Below are positions 28,063 through 37,675 of a DNA stretch of 41,152 nucleotides, piece by piece. Origin of the DNA: a virus (taxonomy: Duplodnaviria; Caudoviricetes); IMG/VR virus record IMGVR_UViG_3300037424_000125, positions 1 through 41,152 of that record; one strand, given 5' to 3'. The position numbers and the translations under genes are program-made. The stretch's first letter is position 1. Every line of letters begins with the position of its first letter. A model generated the notes under the pieces. It saw only the letters and a list, made by a program, of their open reading frames with translations. It did no database searches and had not been told where the DNA came from.

Positions 28063-29412
28063 ATGACAGATGCATCACTCTCGACGGGAAACGTCACGGG
28101 CGGCGCGGCGGTTGTCGGGAGTCCGGCCTACATCATCGTCTACAACTTGCTCGCGACGGCACCGGTAGGTTCGGCGGCGATTGTCGCGTCACCGGAACTC
28201 TCGTTCGATAACGGGTTGCGCTGGCCTATTGTCCCGAATTGGAAGAACGAGGTCGAAGAGGTCTACGAGTTCAAGACCGACATCATCACGTTCCGCAGTT
28301 TGACCGAGCAACGTCGCGCGCGACGGACCAACCCGCGCAAGTCGTGGTCCTACAAGGCCATGCCGATCCGTGACGACTTCCGGGCGGCCCAGCGGATCAT
28401 CACTGACCGGTTCGATCAGATCACGTACGCGGCCAATCCCTTGGTCTCGGTGTACACGGAAAGCGATCTGTCGGCCGGAGGAAACACCTTCGACGTGTCG
28501 AGTGTCCCGGACTGGCTGGTCGCAGACGCGGTATGCCAGCTTTCGTACAATAACGGGGTCCGGGCGCTGGTTAAGGTCAAGAGTGTGGCGGGCTCGACGG
28601 TCACGACGTACGGCGTTGTCGGCGCGACGTATCCGTCCGGCGCGCGGTTGCGTCCGACGGAAGCCTGCCGGATCGACGCCGGGACGAAGCTGGGTATGGC
28701 CGCGCGCGGCGTGGCAATCGGCGATATCACGTTGAACGTCGAGCCGGGGTCGCTTTACTATCCCGACCCCCCGGCGGCCACGGACACGTTCAACGGCCGG
28801 GAGCTTTTCCTGAAGTCTCCCAACTGGAAGAGCACGGTCAATCTCGATTTTGGGGCGAGTCGGGAATCCGTCGATTACGACCAAGGTCGGGTTACGTTGT
28901 TCTCGCTCTCGTCATTCATGTACCGGAATTGGCGCGGCACGTACCTCGGTCGATCTCAGGCCGAGGTCAAGGAGGTCGTCGATTTCTTCCGGCGCATGAA
29001 GGGCATGCAGGGGGAGTTCTACGCGCCTACCGGGCTGGCCGATCTCGTGCCCATCGCCAACCTAACGGGCGGTACGAAGACGCTGAAGACCGCCGGCCCA
29101 CACGACTACGGGGTGTATGCGCTGGGGGATCGAACGAGTTCCCGAGAGGTCAATAAAGCGGTATTCGTCAAGCTGAAGAACGGGAATTATGAGGTCAACA
29201 CGATCAGCAACGTGGTGCTGTCGGGCTCGGATTCGGTCTTCAACTGTGGCAACAATTGGTCTACAACGATGGCTCCGGAAAACATAGCATATGTGAGCTA
29301 TCTTCCGGTCTGTCGTCTGGCTTCCGATACGCTCACCATCCAGTGGGAAACGGCGGGGGTCGCCCAATTCGCTCTGGCGTTTCGGACGCTGGAAGCCCTA
29401 GCCGCCGAGTGA
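28063..29412 (+). CDS. Distal tail / tail-tip protein
   Basis: Two repeated PNWK modules, EQRRARRTNPR and FF.RMKG..GEFYAP. GAGGA RBS; follows TMP. Confidence 0.78.
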   Translation: MTDASLSTGNVTGGAAVVGSPAYIIVYNLLATAPVGSAAIVASPELSFDNGLRWPIVPNWKNEVEEVYEFKTDIITFRSLTEQRRARRTNPRKSWSYKAMPIRDDFRAAQRIITDRFDQITYAANPLVSVYTESDLSAGGNTFDVSSVPDWLVADAVCQLSYNNGVRALVKVKSVAGSTVTTYGVVGATYPSGARLRPTEACRIDAGTKLGMAARGVAIGDITLNVEPGSLYYPDPPAATDTFNGRELFLKSPNWKSTVNLDFGASRESVDYDQGRVTLFSLSSFMYRNWRGTYLGRSQAEVKEVVDFFRRMKGMQGEFYAPTGLADLVPIANLTGGTKTLKTAGPHDYGVYALGDRTSSREVNKAVFVKLKNGNYEVNTISNVVLSGSDSVFNCGNNWSTTMAPENIAYVSYLPVCRLASDTLTIQWETAGVAQFALAFRTLEALAAE

Positions 29413-29416
29413 ACCC

Positions 29417-30286
29417 ATGGCCTTTGCCGACAAGGAAACCAGTCGCTATTCCGGACAACCGGTCGAGCTTTATCTGTTTCGGTACGGCGCTCAGGCGGGG
29501 TCCTACTACGCCTACACGAACGCCGAGAACGACATCACCTTCAACGACGGCAATGGCGATAAGGTTTATACGGCTGTTCCGATCTCGCGAGAGAGCGTGA
29601 AATCCACCGGGACGCTCGACAAATCGGCGCTCTCGCTCCGCGCGGCGAAAGACTTGTCGATGTCCGAAATTTTCCGGGACTACCCGCCCGCAGCCGTAGT
29701 CACATTGACGATACGGCAGGGCCATCTCGACGATCCCGACAACGAATTCTTGGTCGCATGGGCGGGCCGGGTGCTCTCCTACGAGCGCGATGGGTCGGAG
29801 CGGGTGATGTCGGCCGAGCCTGTCTCGACGAGCCTTCGCCGATCTGGGCTTCGGAGGTTCTACCAAATCCCGTGTCCGCACTACCTCTACGGTCCGGATT
29901 GTCGGGCGAGCCGTGTGGCAGCGACGGTCACCGGAACGGTCACGGCCGTATCCGGGTATGAAGTAACGCTCGCGCCGGGATGGAACGCCCACTCGGCCGA
30001 GAAGTATCGGCAGGGGGAGTTCAGTTGGACCAACGCCGCCGGGGAAACGGTTACGCGGATGGTCCTGAAGACTTCGGGCAATGCGCTTACCCTCGCGGGT
30101 GCCTTGCTCGATCTGGCGGTCGGGGATACCGTCAGTGTGACTCTTGGGTGTAATCACCAAACCAGCCCTACCGGAGATGGTGTCGGAGACTGCACCAACC
30201 TCCACAACAACGGCCAGAACTACGGTGGGTGTAAATGGATACCCACCAAGAACCCGATCAAGTCCGCGAGCAGCGAGTTCTACTGA
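29417..30286 (+). CDS. DUF2163/BR0599 family tail-tip protein (gpL-like Cys cluster)
   Basis: PVELYLF, CPHYLYGPDC, GCNH...C...NN..NYGG..WIP.KNP. Confidence 0.88.
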   Translation: MAFADKETSRYSGQPVELYLFRYGAQAGSYYAYTNAENDITFNDGNGDKVYTAVPISRESVKSTGTLDKSALSLRAAKDLSMSEIFRDYPPAAVVTLTIRQGHLDDPDNEFLVAWAGRVLSYERDGSERVMSAEPVSTSLRRSGLRRFYQIPCPHYLYGPDCRASRVAATVTGTVTAVSGYEVTLAPGWNAHSAEKYRQGEFSWTNAAGETVTRMVLKTSGNALTLAGALLDLAVGDTVSVTLGCNHQTSPTGDGVGDCTNLHNNGQNYGGCKWIPTKNPIKSASSEFY

Positions 30287-30585
30287 TGCGCTGGAAAACG
30301 AAGTATCGATTGCGCCGGTTCAAGCGGCTTCTCCACCGGTTCGTTCGTGACCAGCACGGCGCGTGGTGGATTTGGCTTCTGGTGGGGCTGGCGCTTTCCA
30401 TCGTGTCGTATCTTATCATGCCGAAGACGCAGACGGACAAGCCGGCGGCGGCTTCGGATTTGGACGATCCAACCGCCGATTCGGGAAAGCCCGTCCCGGT
30501 CGTGTTCGGCACAGTCACGGTTAAGGGGTTGAATATCCTGTGGTACGGGGAAAAGAGCAAGCAAACGAAAACGATCAAGGTATGA
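30286..30585 (+). CDS. Small tail assembly protein with hydrophobic N-terminal segment and basic leader
   Basis: PTADSGKPVPVVFGTV...NILWYG is typical of this position. TGATG-coupled start. Confidence 0.8.
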   Translation: MRWKTKYRLRRFKRLLHRFVRDQHGAWWIWLLVGLALSIVSYLIMPKTQTDKPAAASDLDDPTADSGKPVPVVFGTVTVKGLNILWYGEKSKQTKTIKV

Positions 30586-30782
30586 GCCGGATCGTGACCG
30601 TGACCGATATCCGTCGGGCGGGCTATTGCGCGCCGAAGATTCGTACATGGTTTGAGCTACACGATCTCGACTTTCGGGCCTTCCTGAAGGATGGGATCGA
30701 CATCGAACGTCTGCGCGAGATCGGGGATGGGCACGCCATGCGGGTCATCGCCACGGTAGAGAAAGAAGACGACCGTGGGTAA
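30582..30782 (+). CDS. Small conserved tail assembly protein
   Basis: GYCAPKIRTWFELHDLDFRAFLKDGI. ATGA overlap. Confidence 0.82.
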   Translation: MSRIVTVTDIRRAGYCAPKIRTWFELHDLDFRAFLKDGIDIERLREIGDGHAMRVIATVEKEDDRG

Positions 30783-33645
30783 AAAAGGCGGGTCGGAAAC
30801 CCAAGTCACCCAATACTACCTGTCGATGCAGTTCGGCATCTGCGCCGGGCCGATTGACAACATGTCCGCGATCTTCGTAGGTGACAAGCAGGTTTGGACC
30901 GGTCAGGCTACCGCCGAGACCACCTTTACGATAAGCGAAGAGAACCTTTTCGGCGGCGAGCAGAAGGAAGGCGGCGTTAGCGGCGCAGTGTCTTTCATGC
31001 CGGGTAATGCCACGCAGACCATACCGAGTTGGATTGCCAGCAAGTTCGGGCTATCGGTAGCCGATATGCCCGCCTATCGCGGGATCGCGAACTTCTTCAT
31101 GACCGGCGGAAATGGATCGGGCCGGGGCTTCTACTGGTCGGCCAACACGCCGTACCTCAAGGGGACGTGGGCGACCGTCTCGCGGGCTTCGGTCGGATTG
31201 GAAGATCAGTACGCCCGCATCTATCGCGGTGAGTATACCGACGGACGTGCGCTCTTCTTCGCGCTTGATCTTTCCGGCTCCATGGGGCCGCCGCTATCAG
31301 AGCGGATCACTACCGCGAAGGCGGCGATTACCGAGGTCCTTCAGGGCGTTAAGTCGTTCTTGCAGGCTGGTGGTTCACGGATCGATATCGGGTTCGCCGG
31401 TTGGTCGGACTACCTTCGGTACAACGAGAAAATCAACGCGTCTCCAAGCGACATCGACGCCCTGATCACGTGGGTGAACAATCTCGTCATCGGCGGCGGC
31501 ACGTATTTCGACATCCCGGCCTCGGCCGCGCTAACGTTCTTCACCAACACCTTGTCCGTCCCGGAAATCCAGAAGCGCGTCATGATCTTCATCACGGACG
31601 GCGAGGCGACAGGGACCTCGGACGATACCGCCGCTGGGATCATAGCCGATCTTCTCGATCAGGGGTCCGGCAGCTTCAATACGTCCGCCGGAACGGATGT
31701 TGACTGCTACGGCATCAACATCGATCTTTCTGGGGGTGACACGTATAAGCTCGACAACACTCCGGGCGATGGTGTTCCGGTCGTCTCCGGGTCGGATATC
31801 AGCGCGCTACTGAACGCGGTGAACTCCGCGCTCTTCCCGGCATCCGGTCCGGTCTTCGACAGCAATCCGGCGCATATCATCTACGAGAGCTTGATCAACA
31901 CGACATGGGGCATGGGGGCTGACCTTTCGGCTATCGATCTCGCATCGTTTACGGCCGCTTCGCACACGCTGTTCTGGGAAGGGTTCGGGTTGTCGATTAT
32001 CTGGACTCGACAAACAGACATCGAATCCTTCGTGACCGAAGTTCTGAACCACATTGAAGGCGCGCTCTTCGTCAATCCGCGCACCGGGCTGCTCACGCTC
32101 AAACTCATCCGAAACGACTATGACTCGGATACGCTGCGGTGGATCACCCCGGACAACGCCGACATCACGAACTTCAAGCGGAAGCTTTGGGGCGAGACGA
32201 TCAATGAGCTGGTGGTCTCGTGGACCGACCCAGAGACGGAAGAGACCACGGCTCTAACCGTTCAGGATACCGGCAACATCGCCATGCAGGGCGGCATAGT
32301 CTCGGACAGTCGCAACTATTACGGCGTTCGAACCATCGAACTTGCGAGCTTCGTGGCGAACCGCGATCTCCGGGTTGCTTCGGCCCCGCTGGCGTCTTGT
32401 GACGTGGAGACCGACCGCGCGAACTGGGACCTGCTTCCCGGTGATGTCGTAAAAATTGCATCGCCCGAGGATAACGTCGAGTCCATCGTCATGCGGGTCG
32501 GTCCGATTGACTACGGGAAGCCGGGAGCCGCCTCGATCAAGGTCTCGTTGGTAGAAGACACCTTTGCGCTGGCGACGGCGCAATACACGATTCCCGGCCC
32601 GTCTTCTTGGATCGACCCGAGCGAGAACCCGTCTCCGGCCTTGGCGCAGTTCGGGTATACGATGTCCTATTTCACGGCCGCTAAGTATCTCGGCGGCGGT
32701 GATGTCGCGCAGCAGTTGTTGGTCTATCCGGCCGTCTACGTCGGCGTTCTCGCGGCGCAGTCAGGAACCGACACGGCGTCCCATGAGCTTTATGGCGAGA
32801 TCACGGACGCGGCCGGAAATACCATCATCGGATCGCTCGGCGAGAAGACCATCATCCCGCGCGCGACTATCGAGGCGGCCTTGGCGCAGGGAGTGTCATC
32901 GACCATTCCGTATACGCTTTCGCGCACTCAGGGGCACGACCCCCGGTCAGGCAATCTCATCCTCATTGGGGACGGCGATGAGACCGAGATCGAGTTTGCC
33001 TTGGTTACGGCGGTCGACGCGACGAATATCAGCATCGAACGGGGCGTGCTGGATACGGTGCCGAAGGCGTGGCCCATCGGGACGCCGGTCTGGTTCCTCG
33101 ATCCCAATCAAGTCTACATGGATGGTCAGGCCCGATCTGTCGCGGAAGTCGTCGACTACTACGTCCTGCCTCGGACCTCCAAAGGCGTGCTGGACATCTC
33201 CGACGCGACGCTTCTCCAAGTGACCGCTATGGATCGACCGTATCTTCCGTCCCGGCCGGCGAACGTGAAAGCCAACGGGACGGCCTTCGGGGTTGTCCAT
33301 AGTGAAGCAACCGATCCTGTGGCGCTCACATGGTCGCGCCGGAGCCGGCTCGACGAAGAATCCATCATTCTCGCGTGGGACGCGGCGGACGTGGCCCCCG
33401 AGGCCGGCCAGACCACGACGATTACGCTTACGGATGTCTTGGGCGCGGTCATCAATACCATCACCGGGATTACCGGAGCGTCCTACGACCTGACTCATGC
33501 GGAGTTCTTGGGGGCGGGAGCGGCGTGGGTTAAAGTCGAAGCAGTTCGCGATGGCTATACCTCGTTGCAGGGTCACGAGCTTTTCATCATCATCGAGTCA
33601 GGGTATGGCTACGCCTATGGCTACAACTATGGAGGGTCTGCATGA
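30775..33645 (+). CDS. Central tail / tail-tip hub protein with inserted von Willebrand A domain
   Basis: MGKKGG start, NLFGGEQKEGG, PAYRG, NPAHIIYE, TLKLIRNDY, RGVLDTVP. VWA DLSGS...GGT...ITDG at ~31246-31833. Confidence 0.88.
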   Translation: MGKKGGSETQVTQYYLSMQFGICAGPIDNMSAIFVGDKQVWTGQATAETTFTISEENLFGGEQKEGGVSGAVSFMPGNATQTIPSWIASKFGLSVADMPAYRGIANFFMTGGNGSGRGFYWSANTPYLKGTWATVSRASVGLEDQYARIYRGEYTDGRALFFALDLSGSMGPPLSERITTAKAAITEVLQGVKSFLQAGGSRIDIGFAGWSDYLRYNEKINASPSDIDALITWVNNLVIGGGTYFDIPASAALTFFTNTLSVPEIQKRVMIFITDGEATGTSDDTAAGIIADLLDQGSGSFNTSAGTDVDCYGINIDLSGGDTYKLDNTPGDGVPVVSGSDISALLNAVNSALFPASGPVFDSNPAHIIYESLINTTWGMGADLSAIDLASFTAASHTLFWEGFGLSIIWTRQTDIESFVTEVLNHIEGALFVNPRTGLLTLKLIRNDYDSDTLRWITPDNADITNFKRKLWGETINELVVSWTDPETEETTALTVQDTGNIAMQGGIVSDSRNYYGVRTIELASFVANRDLRVASAPLASCDVETDRANWDLLPGDVVKIASPEDNVESIVMRVGPIDYGKPGAASIKVSLVEDTFALATAQYTIPGPSSWIDPSENPSPALAQFGYTMSYFTAAKYLGGGDVAQQLLVYPAVYVGVLAAQSGTDTASHELYGEITDAAGNTIIGSLGEKTIIPRATIEAALAQGVSSTIPYTLSRTQGHDPRSGNLILIGDGDETEIEFALVTAVDATNISIERGVLDTVPKAWPIGTPVWFLDPNQVYMDGQARSVAEVVDYYVLPRTSKGVLDISDATLLQVTAMDRPYLPSRPANVKANGTAFGVVHSEATDPVALTWSRRSRLDEESIILAWDAADVAPEAGQTTTITLTDVLGAVINTITGITGASYDLTHAEFLGAGAAWVKVEAVRDGYTSLQGHELFIIIESGYGYAYGYNYGGSA

Positions 33646-34559
33646 CCTCTCGAACGCTTCCGGGTTTGGGCCTTTCGGCCTTCTGGACCCTCGGCGAAGA
33701 CGGTTGGAATACCGGGATGGATACCAACCTGCGCACGCTCTCCGTGCTCGTTCAGGGCAAAGCCATCAGCAAGACGACCAGCCTTCCGGGATCGCCGACG
33801 AATGGCGACATCTACATCGTCCCGACGGCCGACGCAAACGGCGACGAGATCGCCATCCGGGACGACGGCGCGTGGGTCTACATCGTTCCGATTGAAGGCG
33901 ATATGGTCTACGTGACCGACGCGTCGAACCTGTATCAATTCGATGGTGCGGCGTGGCAAGTTTTTTCGGGTGGCGCGGCAGGTCTTCCCGGCCTTGTTGG
34001 CAACGCCGGCAAGGTGCTGGCGGTAAACGCGTTGGAAGATGCTGCCGAGTGGATAACCCCGACCGGGGGCGGCACGTGGGCGTGGCATCTCGAATGGTCC
34101 CCCATCGACAACGAACCGCCGGCTGCGAACTATGCGACGTTGGACGCTCGCAACAGTCGTCCGGTGTTGGATTTCGATGGCACGACGCAAGAGGCCGCCA
34201 TTTTCACGGGGATTTTGCCATCGGACTACGCTGCTGGTGGGGTCACCGTTACGTTGTGGTGCGCCCTCTCGACTGCGATCACCGGCACGGTCGGATGGGA
34301 CATCGCTTTCGAGCGCACGCAAGCTTCGACGGACGACATCAATTCCGACAGTTTTGCAACGGCCGCTACGGTCACGGCAGTTACCGTGCCGGGGACTTCC
34401 GGGCAGGTGTTGAAGATGTCGGTGAACATCGCCGACGGCGCGGGCATCGATAGCCTCGCGGCGGGCGATCTCTTCCGCCTGCGTGTCCGGCGCGATGTCG
34501 CGACAGACACGGCAACGGGTGACGCCGAGCTTCTGCGCGTTGCGCTGGTGGAGCAGTAA
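33642..34559 (+). CDS. DUF2793-containing tail fibre / adaptor protein
   Basis: GWNTGMDTNLRTLS, PGSPTNGDIYIV, IAIRDDGAW...P.EG, then a beta-rich C-domain. Confidence 0.82.
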   Translation: MTSRTLPGLGLSAFWTLGEDGWNTGMDTNLRTLSVLVQGKAISKTTSLPGSPTNGDIYIVPTADANGDEIAIRDDGAWVYIVPIEGDMVYVTDASNLYQFDGAAWQVFSGGAAGLPGLVGNAGKVLAVNALEDAAEWITPTGGGTWAWHLEWSPIDNEPPAANYATLDARNSRPVLDFDGTTQEAAIFTGILPSDYAAGGVTVTLWCALSTAITGTVGWDIAFERTQASTDDINSDSFATAATVTAVTVPGTSGQVLKMSVNIADGAGIDSLAAGDLFRLRVRRDVATDTATGDAELLRVALVEQ

Positions 34560-34560
34560 G

Positions 34561-35229
34561 ATGGCCCTGTCCGGTAGTGGTGCGTATCGAATCCTCGTGA
34601 CAATACCGGAGGCTACGTACCCATTGAACGCGATATACACCCGCCACATATTTGCCCGCAGTTCGGTGGCTCCTTCAACGGCTGGATTTCGTTTCGCCTG
34701 TGGCATGCGCGGAGGGTTCAATTCGGGTTACTCTCACGACGAGTTCGCGTGGGACCACACCTCGGCCAGTTTCGTGCGCAGTAATTATCACCGGTCTGGA
34801 AGCTACGTACCGGCGCAGATGTCCGCCGGTTCGTTTGTGGGAGACGTTTGGAGGTCCTACGCTGCGACGTTTGACGGCACAAACGTGCGTTCTTATGTCG
34901 AGGGCGTGCTGGATGGTACTAGCGCTAATACTTCCGCGTCGACCGTCGGCGGCACAGAAGTTGTTTTGAATGGTTCGTCAAGCTACGGCTCCGTAGCCAG
35001 TCCATTCACCAACGGCCAAACTGCCGAACTAGCGATATGGGATGTCGTCTTAAATGCTGCCGAGCTTGCTGCACTGGTCAAGGGATTTCGCGCAAGCCGT
35101 ATTAGGCCGGAACACCTCGTGTTCTATGCTCCTGTAGTTAGAGGCAAGCAAGACATTGTGGGCGGGCGGTCTCTTTCTTTGGAGGTGGGGTCGGAAACCG
35201 TAACCTCGCATCCTCGCGTCATCGGCTAG
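34561..35229 (+). CDS. Concanavalin A/LamG-like lectin; candidate receptor-binding protein
   Basis: WRSYAATFDGTNVRSYVEG and FTNGQTAELAIWDVVLNAAEL fit the LamG pattern. More A/T-ending codons than its neighbours. Confidence 0.75.
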   Translation: MALSGSGAYRILVTIPEATYPLNAIYTRHIFARSSVAPSTAGFRFACGMRGGFNSGYSHDEFAWDHTSASFVRSNYHRSGSYVPAQMSAGSFVGDVWRSYAATFDGTNVRSYVEGVLDGTSANTSASTVGGTEVVLNGSSSYGSVASPFTNGQTAELAIWDVVLNAAELAALVKGFRASRIRPEHLVFYAPVVRGKQDIVGGRSLSLEVGSETVTSHPRVIG

Positions 35230-35579
35230 CGGCGCTTTGGCGCGGTGCCGGGATATATCCGCCCCCGGCGTAGCTTCCCATTGTCCTTGAGGCGTTGCAG
35301 GACCACGGTCGGGTTCTCGTACGAGACGATCCCGGCGGCGGTATCTTGCTCGTGCCACTTCTCGGAGAGCCGGCACATTTCCTTCCACACGCCGAGGCGC
35401 TTGGCCTCGTCGCGCTCGTACCGCATGGCCATCCAGAGATCGTAGATGTCTGCGCCGCGCTTTTTGCGGCGGTTGTTCCATGCGGCCTTGCATGCGTCGG
35501 AACAGAACTTCGCATTCGGCTTCCGGTCGGCAGCTATGGCGGTTCCGCACTCGCGGCACAGGTGTGTTGCTTTCGACAT
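35226..35579 (-). CDS. Zinc-finger protein (CxxC...FCSxxC), inverted within the late operon
   Basis: CRECG...AKFCSDACKAAWNNRRKKRG. AGGAG RBS and its own promoter. Confidence 0.82.
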   Translation of the reverse strand: MSKATHLCRECGTAIAADRKPNAKFCSDACKAAWNNRRKKRGADIYDLWMAMRYERDEAKRLGVWKEMCRLSEKWHEQDTAAGIVSYENPTVVLQRLKDNGKLRRGRIYPGTAPKRR

Positions 35580-35621
35580 TGGCGGCTCTCCTGCGGCTAT
35601 CTCTGGCGTCTCGTGTACACG

Positions 35622-35650
35622 GAAATAGGTGCTGGATACGCAACCGTCAA
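35622..35650 (-). promoter_or_regulatory. Sigma70-like promoter for the inverted zinc-finger gene
   Basis: Minus strand: TTGACG (35650-35645), N17, TATTTC (35627-35622). Confidence 0.6.
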
Positions 35651-35687
35651 TAGGCTATACGGGAGTCGCGATAAATTGGGGCTGACG

Positions 35688-36884
35688 ATGACCAATTGGA
35701 ATGACTTCGTTGGACGGGCCAAAAAACTCGACGACATCGACCTTCCGAAGCGCGGTGCCGAGATCGGCGTCGGTGAGGATGAGCTTCACGCCTTCATCGA
35801 TACCGAGTCGACCGGCAACGGTTTCGACCGGAAGGGTCGACCCGTCATCTTGTTCGAGCCGCACGTCTTCTACCGCAACCTCGCTGGGGCCGAGCAGGAT
35901 GCCGCCGTCAAGGCCGGTCTGGCCTACAAGCGCTGGGGGACGAAGCCCTATCCGAAGGACAGCTATCCGCGCCTATTGAGGGCGATCAAAATCAACGAGA
36001 CCGCCGCGCTGTTGGCGTGCTCGTGGAGCCTCTTCCAAGTCCTCGGCGAGAACTACAAGGAGTGCGGCTACCCGGACGTGCAGACCATGGTCCGCGCGTT
36101 CATGGACGACGAGGAAAACTGCCTCGAAGCTGCCATCCAATTCCTTGTTGCCACGGGCATTGACGACGATCTGCGCGCCCATCGGTGGGCGGTCGTCGCT
36201 CGGGTCTACAATGGTCCCGGATATGCCAAGAACCAGTACGACACCAAACTCGCCGCGAACTACGCCAAGTGGGCGAAGATTCCGGATACGCCGTGGTCGC
36301 GCGACGCTGCCGAGCAACCCGAGGCTCCGTCTCCGGCACCATACCGGCCGGCCTCCGTTTCGACCGCTATTACGGACAAGACCGTCATTTTCTCAACGCA
36401 GCAGCGCTTGAGCGATCTCGGGTACAAAGACGTCGGGACGGTCGACGGCATCATGGCGACCAAAACGAAAGGCGCAATCCTCGCCTTCCGGCTCGACAAC
36501 GAGTTGCCGCTCGTGCCGGAGATCAACAACGAGTTTCTCGCGGCCCTGATGGTCGCGAAGCCGCGTGAAATATCGGATGCTCGGGCGCTCGCGACCAACA
36601 AGGAAGTTCGCGCTGAAGTCCCGGAGGTCAAGTCGAATTGGATTTCCAAGATCGTCGCGCTCGGTTCGTCCATTACGGCCGGCGGTGCGGCGCTCCTGTC
36701 TGGGGTAGGGGATAACCTCTCCGGGGCCATCTCCCAGCTTAAACCTGTGCAGGAGGGGTTGACAGACGTGCCGTCGTACGTCTGGCTGTTGCTGGCGGCT
36801 GGGATCGCTGCGTCGATCTATCTGGTCGCCCGGAACGGCGAGAAGAAAGGCACCGAGGCTTTCCAGTCGGGGGCGCGACAGTAA
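35688..36884 (+). CDS. Endolysin: DUF3380 N-acetylmuramidase + peptidoglycan-binding domain + C-terminal hydrophobic helices
   Basis: ES.G.GF...ILFEPHVF, SWSLFQVLGENY, ARVYNGPGY..N.YD.KL. PG-binding QQRLSDLGY..GTVDG...T..AI.AF. Start moved to ATG 35688. Confidence 0.88.
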   Translation: MTNWNDFVGRAKKLDDIDLPKRGAEIGVGEDELHAFIDTESTGNGFDRKGRPVILFEPHVFYRNLAGAEQDAAVKAGLAYKRWGTKPYPKDSYPRLLRAIKINETAALLACSWSLFQVLGENYKECGYPDVQTMVRAFMDDEENCLEAAIQFLVATGIDDDLRAHRWAVVARVYNGPGYAKNQYDTKLAANYAKWAKIPDTPWSRDAAEQPEAPSPAPYRPASVSTAITDKTVIFSTQQRLSDLGYKDVGTVDGIMATKTKGAILAFRLDNELPLVPEINNEFLAALMVAKPREISDARALATNKEVRAEVPEVKSNWISKIVALGSSITAGGAALLSGVGDNLSGAISQLKPVQEGLTDVPSYVWLLLAAGIAASIYLVARNGEKKGTEAFQSGARQ

Positions 36885-37204
36885 TGCTTTGGAGGCTCTG
36901 GCCGTATGCAGTTGTGGTCGTTGCGGTTCTGGGGCTTCTGTTCGGGATGTATCGAGCCGGGTACAATGCGGCTTGGCGAGAGGCCGATATCGAGTCTTTG
37001 AACGCGCAGATCGCCATTATGCGGGAAGACGTGAAGATCGCCGCCGTCGCGAAAGCGCAAGCCGAAAAACAGACGATTGAGATGGAAGCGGCCAATGTCG
37101 AGAACGAACAGAGTTTGCAAGCGCTTAGGGCTCTACTCGCTGAGCAAGGCGGCGACGACCCTATTCCTCCTGATCGCCTTGAGCGCCTGCTCGACATCCG
37201 GTAG
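36884..37204 (+). CDS. Inner-membrane spanin (Rz-like)
   Basis: N-terminal TM segment followed by a coiled coil. TAATG coupling to the endolysin. Confidence 0.75.
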   Translation: MLWRLWPYAVVVVAVLGLLFGMYRAGYNAAWREADIESLNAQIAIMREDVKIAAVAKAQAEKQTIEMEAANVENEQSLQALRALLAEQGGDDPIPPDRLERLLDIR

Positions 37205-37418
37205 GCCGACGGAAGAGGCATCGATCCGGAACCTCCCGGACCCGCCGGCCTACGTGAAGACCGCCACGGTCGACGAGGGGGCTTACGCGAATATGAGCGA
37301 GTACGAGATCGCGGGTGTCGAAAGAGCCGCGCGCAAACAAGACGAGCGCGTCATTTGGTCTTTCCACGCGTGGTATCTTGACCTCATGAAGAGATACGCA
37401 CAGGGACTTGTGAAATGA
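37095..37418 (+). CDS. Outer-membrane lipoprotein spanin (Rz1-like)
   Basis: Lipobox LLIALSA-C and a Pro-containing segment. Overlaps the i-spanin in another frame. Exact start uncertain. Confidence 0.75.
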   Translation: MSRTNRVCKRLGLYSLSKAATTLFLLIALSACSTSGRPTEEASIRNLPDPPAYVKTATVDEGAYANMSEYEIAGVERAARKQDERVIWSFHAWYLDLMKRYAQGLVK

Positions 37419-37675
37419 GTGAGGCTCTCATCATCGCGCTCATCGGAACAATCCCGGCAATCTTGACGTTGTTCGGAGTGCTTTACAGCCTTCACGTCGC
37501 CCTCGTGACGAGAGCGAAGGTCGAGAAGACGGAGACGAACACGAATTCCATGATCGAGATCATTCGAGCCGCCTCGCGAAAGGAGGGCGTGGCCGAAGGG
37601 GTTGCGAAGAGCGAAGAAAATGCCGCCACGTTGGCCAGAGGTATCGAGCTAGGACGCAATAACCAGACAGACTGA
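37415..37675 (+). CDS. Small membrane protein, holin/antiholin candidate
   Basis: N-terminal TM segment (ALIIALIGTIPAILTLFGVLY), then TNTNSM...EGV. Lies in the lysis cassette. Confidence 0.6.
   Translation: MSEALIIALIGTIPAILTLFGVLYSLHVALVTRAKVEKTETNTNSMIEIIRAASRKEGVAEGVAKSEENAATLARGIELGRNNQTD

Noticed and set aside
33642-35229. Diversity-generating retroelement or invertible tail-fibre cassette
   Set aside because: No reverse transcriptase, recombinase or template/variable repeat pair is visible in the window.
35295-35687. 131-aa N-terminal extension of the endolysin in the ORF track
   Set aside because: Overlaps the inverted zinc-finger gene and its promoter; the muramidase domain begins just after ATG 35688.
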